Assembly (NCBI RefSeq): GCF_009914755.1
Contig: NC_060947.1
Origin: the human T2T-CHM13v2.0 reference genome, Homo sapiens
Length of the DNA: 64,000 nucleotides
Reading direction: 5' to 3' (one strand)
The notes under the pieces are model-generated. The model was not told the DNA's origin. It worked only from the letters and a program-made list of their open reading frames with translations, and did no database searches. This document shows positions 38,954-53,544 of the stretch, piece by piece. The stretch's first letter is position 1. Each line of letters begins with the position of its first letter. The position numbers and the translations under genes were made by a program.

Positions 38954-41900
38954 GTGAGTCATGGAAGCGAAATGGCAGGGGCTGTGGATGGACCCAGTTG
39001 TAACTCTGGGATCAAAAGGGTGACAACGGTTGGGGGAGGCCTTTGCAGAAGGATGGGAACATCAGCTGCGCTTCTGTTGGGCATTGAGGACCCCTACATC
39101 TGCACATACACACAGGTGACTGTCCGGGATGGCATGAGTGTCTACGACTCTCTAGACAAGGCCCTGAAGGTGCGGGGTCTAAATCAGGACTGCTGTGTGG
39201 TCTACCGACTCATCAAGGGGTGAGTGTGGCAGCCCCACGCCCACCCACTGGGTGTCCCACCTCCCATCCCCTCCTCAGTCATTTGATTCCTTCTGTACTT
39301 TATCACAGAGTCTTCCATTAGTCTTCCCTTAGTCTTTAGTCCCCCCTTATCTGCAGGGTACATGTTCCAAGACCCCCAGTGGATGCTTGAAACCATAGAT
39401 AGTACCGAACCCAATTGCTATCAGTCGGAACATGTTTCTATTCTTGTCTTCTACCCATAAATGTAATGCCTTTTCCGTCTTAACTAAGCACGTATCATGC
39501 ACTCCGGCCATCACTTTTGCAGTTTGAGGTATGACATCAAAACTAGCATGAATTTATTTTTCCTTCTTCACAATTCCAAAGATGGAAGATTCTTTCTTAC
39601 AGTAGATCTCAGCAACCTCAGCATATGATTTTCTTTTAAGTCAAGAACTTTTACCTTTTTGCTTAAAGGAAGCACATTACAGCTTCTCTTTGGCATGTCC
39701 GAATTGCCACCAACACTACTCTTGTGCTTTTGGGCCATTATTAAGTAAAATGGCGGTCACTTGAAGACAGCCACTATGATATTGAGTCAGTTGTTTGATA
39801 ACTGAGCAGGCTACTAAGTGATGGGCGGTAGCGTAGACAGTGTGGATCTGCTAGATAAAGAGGTGATTCACATCCTGGGTGGGATGGTGCAGGATTTCAT
39901 CACGCTACTCAGAATGCACGTAATTTAAAACTTATGAATTGTTTATTTCTGCAATTTTCAATTTAATACTTTCCCACCCGGTTGACCACAGGTAACTGAA
40001 ACCATGGAGAGTGAAACCACAGATAAGGGAGGACTACTGTAGTTCAAGTAATCTATGAGTTCATCCATCTTTTGTTTTGTTACTTCATTGGTTTATTGGC
40101 CTGTAAGGTCAGCAACTCATTCTCCCCTGGCCCCCAAGTCCTCACCCTGGTCCATCACTTCTGCCCAGATTTCATCTATTTTGTCCTTTCACGATGTCAT
40201 GACTTCATCAGGTCTCTTCTTCCTCATTTTCCCCATTCTCTGTCTGCTGAGTTGGGTCTTGCTGACTTTATTTATTCCTCTCTCGTGGGTTTCCTTAATT
40301 TATGATGCAGTTCACACACTGCACTTTATTTGTTGTTTCAGTGCCTCCTCAGCCCCCTTTTCAGGGGCTGGCTTAGCGCTTCTAAGATGTAGTTGTTTAG
40401 TTTCATTTGCTTCTCCCCTTCCGTTTCAGAGCATGGACTCTTCACACCGACATGCCTCTCATTACCCTTGTGGCCCAGGGCCAGTCACTTTATCCCTCTG
40501 AGCCTGTTTCCCCATCTGTAAAGTTGGGGCAAGGATAGTGACTAATTTCTAGAGTTGCTGTGATGAGAATTAAACATGCCAGACATGACCCTGTGGGTAG
40601 CAGGCTTGGAGGGACTTGTGGGGGTTCCCTGCCTCCCCATGGCCCCTACCCAACCTCCCACTCATTCCTTTCCATGCCCCCTGCAGACGAAAGACGGTCA
40701 CTGCCTGGGACACAGCCATTGCTCCCCTGGATGGCGAGGAGCTCATTGTCGAGGTCCTTGAAGATGTCCCGCTGACCATGCACAATTTTGTGAGTGCAGG
40801 GTGGACGGTGGGGGTGGACCATGGTTGGGGGTGTCCTTGACCAGGTCTCAAACTTCCCTGCTCTGTGGCATCAGGTACGGAAGACCTTCTTCAGCCTGGC
40901 GTTCTGTGACTTCTGCCTTAAGTTTCTGTTCCATGGCTTCCGTTGCCAAACCTGTGGCTACAAGTTCCACCAGCATTGTTCCTCCAAGGTCCCCACAGTC
41001 TGTGTTGACATGAGTACCAACCGCCAACAGTGAGCCCAGCCTGGGGTGGGTGGGGGGATGGGGAGCACAGAGGCCCAGCCACGAGGCCCTTACAGACAGC
41101 TGACCCGTGTCCCCTTGCTTTATACCCTTCATGCCCTCAAGGTTCTACCACAGTGTCCAGGATTTGTCCGGAGGCTCCAGACAGCATGAGGCTCCCTCGA
41201 ACCGCCCCCTGAATGAGTTGCTAACCCCCCAGGGTCCCAGGTAGGGATGCCTTAGCTGAAGAGCTGCTGGGGGAGAAAAAGATCTTGGGGCTCTTGTAGA
41301 CCACGAGCCATACTTTATTCATTTGTTTACTTGACAAACATTTATTGAGCACCTACAAGTGTGAGTAAGGGCATGAAACTGGGACCTTGGGCAAGTCACC
41401 TCATTTCTCTGGGCCTCAGTTTTCTCATCTGTAAAGAGGGGATGATGATACTTTCTACCATATAAAGGTTCTGGTGAGGCTTAAATGAGTTAAGACATGT
41501 TCAGTGCCTAGAACAGGATCTGGTACAGTGTAAATAATCAATTTTTTTGTTATTAATTATAAATATATTTATAAGCATCTAACTACTTTGCTAATTCTAG
41601 TATAATCATACTCAAGCCTTTCCATTTTGAAATACGTATTATTTTATCATAAATTACTTCCCTTTTATTGCTTTTTTATGTTAAATATTATATAAAACTA
41701 TAGCTATATTAAAATATATTATTGCTCTAATATATATTTTATGATGTGCATATTTTATGGTATATTTATGTTATTGTATCATGTTGTATTACATAATTTT
41801 ATATAATGTAGAACATCATACATGTTTATATGATACATAAAATAAAGTTAGGGTATTATTTTAAATTATGAGTGTATGTGCATTAATTACCTTTGAGTTT

Positions 41901-44900
41901 CATTTCAGGATAGTGAAGGGAACATTAACATATTTTTGTAACTTTACAATATGTTTAGCATATATCATATGTATAACATGTATGTATAACAATATGGTAA
42001 TATGTATATTTTAAAACATTGCCATTTTTATATAGATGATACATATTATATAACATTTGAAAAGTACATGTAATTATAATATATAATTATAAAATATGAT
42101 ACATTACCCTTTCCCCACTATCTGTGTGGCCTGCTATCCTGCCTTTAGGCGTTTACTCCATTGTCATCTCCTCCTCAGAGAAACCTTTCCTGACACTTTC
42201 TAGGAACACTTTGTGTCTCCTTATTTTGCTTTACTATTTTTCTTTATTGCACCTATCACCATCAGGCATATTATATATTTGTTTTTTATTTCAGCCCCAC
42301 CAGGGCAAGAACTGTTATTTTGTTTTACAGTTTTATCTCCACCACCTAGAATGGTATCTGGCACACAGCAGGCACTCAATAAATGTTTCTTGAAGCAATG
42401 AATAATAGTACTGCCAGTGGACATTTGCTCTGTGTGAGCCAAATGCATGTTTATGGCTGGGGGTGGGGTGGGGGGCTTTCTCGGTTCTCTGATTCCTGGC
42501 AGTGATTTCACAGCCTTTCCCCTGGCAGCCCCCGCACCCAGCACTGTGACCCGGAGCACTTCCCCTTCCCTGCCCCAGCCAATGCCCCCCTACAGCGCAT
42601 CCGCTCCACGTCCACTCCCAACGTCCATATGGTCAGCACCACGGCCCCCATGGACTCCAACCTCATCCAGGTTGGTGCTGTGGGGGACAATGCCGGGGAC
42701 CACAGGGCAGAGGGTAGAGCCATCCCTGTTGGCCTCCATGCCCTCTTTTTGACTCCTGTCCCTCTTCTTCTAGCTCACTGGCCAGAGTTTCAGCACTGAT
42801 GGTGAGTCCCCTGTGCCTGCACCCTGACCCCCGCTGCCCCACTTACCTCCACTCACATCCTCTCTGCAACTGCAGCTGCCGGTAGTAGAGGAGGTAGTGA
42901 TGGAACCCCCCGGGGGAGCCCCAGCCCAGCCAGCGTGTCCTCGGGGAGGAAGTCCCCACATTCCAAGTCACCAGCAGAGCAGCGCGAGCGGAAGTCCTTG
43001 GCCGATGACAAGAAGAAAGTGGTATGCTCGAGGGGGATCCTTTTGGGGCCACCAAGGCTGAGTGACGTGGGATGAGGGATGTGGGCAGGCCTCTTAGATG
43101 CCACCCATCTGGCCCACAGAAGAACCTGGGGTACCGGGACTCAGGCTATTACTGGGAGGTACCACCCAGTGAGGTGCAGCTGCTGAAGAGGATCGGGACG
43201 GGCTCGTTTGGCACCGTGTTTCGAGGGCGGTGGCATGGCGATGTGGCCGTGAAGGTGCTCAAGGTGTCCCAGCCCACAGCTGAGCAGGCCCAGGCTTTCA
43301 AGAATGAGATGCAGGTGCTCAGGTGAGGTGGCATGTGTGCGTGGATGGGGGTGGCAGGCCCGGCCTTGGCATCTCTCTGGGAAAAGGCCATGCTTGGAGT
43401 GCTTCCTGGACATCACCTGTGTTTGTGTTGTTAAACCATCATCAGAAGTTGTTTCTCTCTGAAGGGTGTCCCTTTCCCCTCTGGGAAATGAGTATGTTTA
43501 GAGGACCTGTGATCATGCAGTTGTTTGTGTTTGGGTTATTAATGAATGGTTCTGCCTCCAAAATGTGGGTCTTCTCATTTGCCTGCTGCGAACTGGGTCT
43601 GTGTGTGGGCCACCATTCTTGTTACTGCATTGCCAGGAAGGCTTCCATCTTTCCTTCCCCTCTGCTTGGGCTACAATGGTAATGTTCTGTTTATAGTGTT
43701 GGTTCTTGTTATTCATTAATTCTAATACCTTGATTTAAACAATATTATCATCATCACCATAATCTAATCATTGCTTAATTATTATAATTGCTGTAATATG
43801 TAATCAATACAGTATTCATCTAGTCACGCTAAGAAAGCCAGGTGTCTCCTTTTTGCTGCTATAGTTACTATGTAGCATAGTACTGTATACCTATATACTA
43901 CAGGTAGTACTGGATAGCGTCTACCAACCCTGGGGATGTTGGCATTGGCTTTTCCTCTGTGTCAGATGGGCACAATTATGTTACAGAGAATAAGGTAGCT
44001 AATGCAATGATCAGTTTTACAGTTGAGGAACATGAGGCCCAGAGAGGTTAAATGTCTTTCCCAAGGTTGTACCTTGAGTACCTGGTGAGGCCTAGATTTG
44101 AACATGAGTCCAGACTCCAAGCTCTTTACCTCTAAGCTTCTCATGCTGCTGAACAGGCTCTAATCATCATATATCACCAATGTTTTAATCCTGCATCTAT
44201 CCATATTATATTGATACATCAGTGAGGAAGGTTGGCATTCTGCTTTCTCATCTGTGAGATGGTCACAGACCCAGGTAATGGTCAGAGTCAGAGGGGTGGG
44301 GGATGTTAATGATTAGAAATGCTGCTGTAGGCAGGGAGGGGGAGGGGCAGCAATTCCTCCCTCCTGCTTTTGTTGGGAGACTCGGATGGGGAAGCTCCAC
44401 ATATGAGCCCACAGCACAGAATCATAGCCCAGTAAACACATCTCACAAATTCATGGAATCTGGCAATGCTTTGGTCCTGAGTGCCCCAAAAGACAGGGTG
44501 AAAATAAATGACCGAGGAAGGTAAAGAACAGTGCCACTCCTGATGCTCGGTAAGTGACAGTTGCTATTTTTCCTCCCCACCTCTGACACTGCCCTCCCTG
44601 CCTGCAGGAAGACGCGACATGTCAACATCTTGCTGTTTATGGGCTTCATGACCCGGCCGGGATTTGCCATCATCACACAGTGGTGTGAGGGCTCCAGCCT
44701 CTACCATCACCTGCATGTGGCCGACACACGCTTCGACATGGTCCAGCTCATCGACGTGGCCCGGCAGACTGCCCAGGGCATGGAGTGAGCCTCCCAGCCT
44801 GGGGAGGGGTGGGGGGAAAGGGTGGGGGAAATGAGGTAACCCCCAGCCAATCCGCCACCTGCCTCCACCCCCACAGCTACCTCCATGCCAAGAACATCAT

Positions 44901-46998
44901 CCACCGAGATCTCAAGTCTAACAGTATCTATCTGTCCCTGGGCTGGGGTTGAGTGGGGGTGTCAAGGGCTTAGAAGGATGCCTCTTGTGGGGGTTCTGGG
45001 AATTACAAGGGAGGGGCATGTGTCCCAGAGCTCCTTGCCAGGTGGCAGAGCTGTGGCCAGCCAGGGGGCTTTAATGGCAGTCTCTTAGAAGTCAGAGGTG
45101 TGGCTGGTTCAGGTACTATTCTTGGGGACTCTGGTTAGAGTCTGATGTCTGACAGTTGTGGAGGGCATTATGGTCAACATCAGAGGCATAGTGGGTTCGG
45201 ATGCCCTCCGAGGGGCTTCCTGTTCAGGAGTCACAGCGGGGCTGAGTGTGGGGGGCATTAGCAGGCGTTCCCTGCCCACGTCAAGGTTGTGGATAGTTTG
45301 CGTGATATTAAGGGGCTCCTGGTCAGGATCAGAGGGATGAGTGGTATAGGGGCACCAATGGGAACCTCCCAGGCAGGGTGAGAGGCATGGCTATTAGGAG
45401 TCCCTGTAGTGGTCCTTGACCCTGGCGGACATCTTCCTACATGAGGGGCTCACGGTGAAGATCGGTGACTTTGGCTTGGCCACAGTGAAGACTCGATGGA
45501 GCGGGGCCCAGCCCTTGGAGCAGCCCTCAGGATCTGTGCTGTGGATGGTGAGTTGGGCCAGGCTGGATGGGGGGCACATGGGGACGTGGGCTCCGGGATT
45601 GGGGTGTGTGGGGCCAAGTGGGGACGGGGATGCCTGTGCCAGATGTGGGTGTCTGGACTCCTCATGTCCCACCTCGTGTGGGTGGCTCTGAGTTGTACCC
45701 TGTGTGGCCAGTGGGATCTGGGACTGTGGACCAGCCATTTGCTGACCTCCGTGGTCCCCCTGCCTGGTCTGGCCTGTTGTAGGCAGCTGAGGTGATCCGT
45801 ATGCAGGACCCGAACCCCTACAGCTTCCAGTCAGACGTCTATGCCTACGGGGTTGTGCTCTACGAGCTTATGACTGGCTCACTGCCTTACAGCCACATTG
45901 GCTGCCGTGACCAGGTGAGCCCCACACCTTACCCACAGTTCCCTGGGCTGAGGGATCCCCTCAGGCATCCATACCCCACATCCCCTCCTTTGCACTGATA
46001 AATGCCACACTTTCCCCAGAAACCTAAAATTTTCTAGGATAAGGACTCCCAGAATCCCTTGGGCTCCAGACACTTACAATAAATTCTCTGGGTCTCCCCT
46101 ACCCCAACTTCCCTCTTCTCACATCCACAGCCCTCTGGGACAAAAATCTTTGAAGTCCAAAATGCCCCGAATCTCTATACCTAGAATCCCCTGAGGCCCC
46201 CAAATACCCCAAAGCCCTCTGTATCCCTAGACGCCTATAGTCGTCTGCTCTGGGTACTCAAAATCCCCCAGATCCTCAAAGCCCAGATCTCATTTCTCCC
46301 AGCATCCCATTTTTCCCCAGAAACAGAACCCCTTTGTGCTTCTGGAATAGTCATGGACACCCACAGTCACCTAGGCCTTGGGTATCTAGCAGGCCCCAGG
46401 GCCGGGATACCTAGAACCCTCTAGGCCCCAGACCCCCACAGAAGTACAAGCTCCCCCAGACCCAGAACTCCATGTTTTCCCGAGACTCAGTACTTTCCAG
46501 GTCCCTAAGCCTCCTAGAAACCCGTGGGCCTATAATCCTCTGAGCCCCAGATACCTACAATCCTTGACAACCCCAAATTTAAATCCCTCTGTTCTGAAAG
46601 CAGAGAATCCTCCCAAGTCCTCAAGGACAGAGAATCCTCTGGGCCTTGATACTGACAGTACCCCAGCTCGCTAAAAATGAACCTTCCAAGTCCCTCAATA
46701 CAAAATTCCTTGGGCCTCCCAGCCCCTGACCCCAGATCACCCCTTTCCTGCCCCCGTCTGCCCCCAGATTATCTTTATGGTGGGCCGTGGCTATCTGTCC
46801 CCGGACCTCAGCAAAATCTCCAGCAACTGCCCCAAGGCCATGCGGCGCCTGCTGTCTGACTGCCTCAAGTTCCAGCGGGAGGAGCGGCCCCTCTTCCCCC
46901 AGGTGGGCTGGGTAGGGGGCTGGACACCTTGGGTGGGTGACTCTGGGATAGAGGAAGACTGAGATGGAGGCAGATGTGAATATGAAAGCTCAGAGGTA

Positions 46999-47034
<36 letters not shown>

Positions 47035-47100
47035 CACCATGAGGCTGGGACTGTTGGGGGTGTGTGTGTATGTGTGTTTCGCCATGAGGCTGGGACTGTT

Positions 47101-47140
<40 letters not shown>

Positions 47141-47347
47141 CGCCATGAGGCTGGGGCTGTTGGGATGCCCACAGGGCTCTGGACACCCCTCCTCACCCCC
47201 ACCTGCCCTCAGATCCTGGCCACAATTGAGCTGCTGCAACGGTCACTCCCCAAGATTGAGCGGAGTGCCTCGGAACCCTCCTTGCACCGCACCCAGGCCG
47301 ATGAGTTGCCTGCCTGCCTACTCAGCGCAGCCCGCCTTGTGCCTTAG
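38858..47347 (+). CDS. ARAF: A-Raf serine/threonine kinase, 606 aa (spliced CDS, 15 coding exons)
   Basis: Coding exons 38858-38953, 39116-39219, 40687-40789, 40875-41029, 41142-41240, 42529-42670, 42774-42801, 42876-43021, 43120-43322, 44608-44784, 44877-44923, 45429-45547, 45783-45914, 46768-46902, 47213-47347 sum to 1821 nt = 606 aa + stop. Contains RBD, C1 zinc finger ([17 protein letters not shown]), RSTSTP, SGYY, GTGSFG, HRDLKSNN, DFG and RSASEP motifs. Confidence 0.98.
39116..39219 (+). CDS. ARAF: ARAF exon 3 (RBD)
   Basis: CAG|GTGACT to AAGGG|GTGAGT; [35 protein letters not shown]. Confidence 0.97.
39335..40039 (-). mobile_element. MER44/Tigger7-type DNA transposon in ARAF intron 3
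   Basis: Terminal inverted repeats TAGTCCCCCCTTATCTG ... CAGATAAGGGAGGACTACTG. Confidence 0.8.
40687..40789 (+). CDS. ARAF: ARAF exon 4
   Basis: [34 protein letters not shown]; canonical AG/GT. Confidence 0.97.
40875..41029 (+). CDS. ARAF: ARAF exon 5 (C1/CRD)
   Basis: [51 protein letters not shown]; canonical AG/GT. Confidence 0.97.
41142..41240 (+). CDS. ARAF: ARAF exon 6
   Basis: [32 protein letters not shown]; AAG|G acceptor, CAG|GTAGGG donor. Confidence 0.93.
42529..42670 (+). CDS. ARAF: ARAF exon 7 (CR2, RSTSTP 14-3-3 site)
   Basis: [47 protein letters not shown]. Confidence 0.96.
42774..42801 (+). CDS. ARAF: ARAF exon 8 (28-nt microexon)
   Basis: TAG|CTCACT...GATG|GTGAGT; LTGQSFSTD; required to keep frame. 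Confidence 0.93.
42876..43021 (+). CDS. ARAF: ARAF exon 9
   Basis: [48 protein letters not shown]. Confidence 0.95.
43120..43322 (+). CDS. ARAF: ARAF exon 10 (N-region and kinase N-lobe)
   Basis: [48 protein letters not shown]...NEMQVL. Confidence 0.97.
44608..44784 (+). CDS. ARAF: ARAF exon 11
   Basis: [36 protein letters not shown]...QTAQGM. Confidence 0.97.
44877..44923 (+). CDS. ARAF: ARAF exon 12 (catalytic loop)
   Basis: [15 protein letters not shown], followed by GTATCT donor. Confidence 0.95.
45429..45547 (+). CDS. ARAF: ARAF exon 13 (DFG, activation segment)
   Basis: (N)[39 protein letters not shown]; acceptor is GG rather than AG. Confidence 0.92.
45783..45914 (+). CDS. ARAF: ARAF exon 14
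   Basis: [44 protein letters not shown]. Confidence 0.97.
46768..46902 (+). CDS. ARAF: ARAF exon 15
   Basis: [45 protein letters not shown]. Confidence 0.97.
47001..47165. repeat. Compound (GT)n microsatellite with three copies of TTCRCCATGAGGCTGGGRCTGTTGGG
   Basis: Read directly in ARAF intron 15. Confidence 0.95.
47213..47347 (+). CDS. ARAF: ARAF exon 16, coding part
   Basis: [44 protein letters not shown] then TAG. Confidence 0.97.
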   Translation: MLATIELLQRSLPKIERSASEPSLHRTQADELPACLLSAARLVP

Positions 47348-47807
47348 GCCCCGCCCAAGCCACCAGGGAGCCAATCTCAGCCCTCCACGCCAAGGAGCCT
47401 TGCCCACCAGCCAATCAATGTTCGTCTCTGCCCTGATGCTGCCTCAGGATCCCCCATTCCCCACCCTGGGAGATGAGGGGGTCCCCATGTGCTTTTCCAG
47501 TTCTTCTGGAATTGGGGGACCCCCGCCAAAGACTGAGCCCCCTGTCTCCTCCATCATTTGGTTTCCTCTTGGCTTTGGGGATACTTCTAAATTTTGGGAG
47601 CTCCTCCATCTCCAATGGCTGGGATTTGTGGCAGGGATTCCACTCAGAACCTCTCTGGAATTTGTGCCTGATGTGCCTTCCACTGGATTTTGGGGTTCCC
47701 AGCACCCCATGTGGATTTTGGGGGGTCCCTTTTGTGTCTCCCCCGCCATTCAAGGACTCCTCTCTTTCTTCACCAAGAAGCACAGAATTCTGCTGGGCCT
47801 TTGCTTG

Positions 47808-47813
47808 TTTATT
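47808..47813 (-). terminator. SYN1: SYN1 polyadenylation signal AATAAA
   Basis: TTTATT on the + strand, about 940 nt past the SYN1a stop codon. Confidence 0.8.
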
Positions 47814-48753
47814 TTGTTTCCCGACTCTTCTCTTGGGGTTCAGAGCCGCTGAGGGGTGGGGTGAGTCCAGGCAAGGAGTGAAGGTCAGGGGGAGGTGCGG
47901 ACCACATAAACAGCGTCACTGCACGCATCACCACAGGCGGCACGATGAACGAGGACCACATATGCCAAGCACGGCACAAAAGGAGGCCACGTCAGTCACA
48001 GACACAGACACCACAGCAAAGGTGGGGAAGCGGAGACCACTGGCCTTCCGTGTGCAAAGGATTCTGGGAAGATGGGTGGAGTTTGCATATTTAAAGACAG
48101 CTGTCAGAGGCAGGAAACTGGGGAGGGGGTCCCTGGGGGAACCGAGGGGTCCTGGAAGTGGGAGGGGCTCCCAAGGTATTGAATGAGGTTGAGGGGAGCT
48201 GGTGAAGGGAAATCCTTGTGGGGCTAGGTGTTGGGTGGCATTTGAAGATGTGGATCTTCAGAGGGATGGAAGATCCATGGGAAGGGGCTCAACAGTAGGG
48301 GTTTCTTGAGGATTTGGAAAATTATGATGGGAAATAGGTGTGCTGGAGAGATTTGGGACCAAAAATAGGGTTTTCCAGGAACTTCAGGGCTCCAGGAAGG
48401 GATTCTGCAATGGGTTGCCTGGTATTTGGGCACTTCCAGGAAGGAAAACGCCCTCTGGGGAAACCAGGGGCGGAGGTCTTCAGGAATGTGGAGGTTCTAA
48501 AACAGAAGTAGATCCTGAAGTGACCACGAGTGGGGTTCTAAAAGGACTTGGGGATTCCACATGTGAGAACCGGATTTAGGGCCAGGAGGAGTCAGGTTTC
48601 TCAAGGTACTCGGGGATCTTGAGGAATGAGAGGTGGAATCTTGGAGAACCGGGAGATGGGTTCTCAAGGGATTTGGAGACTCCAAAAGTGAGAAATGGAT
48701 TCAGGGCCCAGAGAAGGGTTGCCCAGGGATTTTGGGGTTCTCAGAGTGGGGTA

Positions 48754-53544
<4,791 letters not shown>

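Noticed and set aside
45781-45786. Tandem acceptor TAG-GCAG at ARAF exon 14
   Set aside because: A 4-nt shift would frameshift the kinase; there is no evidence of use.
47103-48186. 249-aa and 237-aa ORFs over the ARAF 3'UTR
   Set aside because: One starts in the GT microsatellite; both are low-complexity with no recognisable domain.
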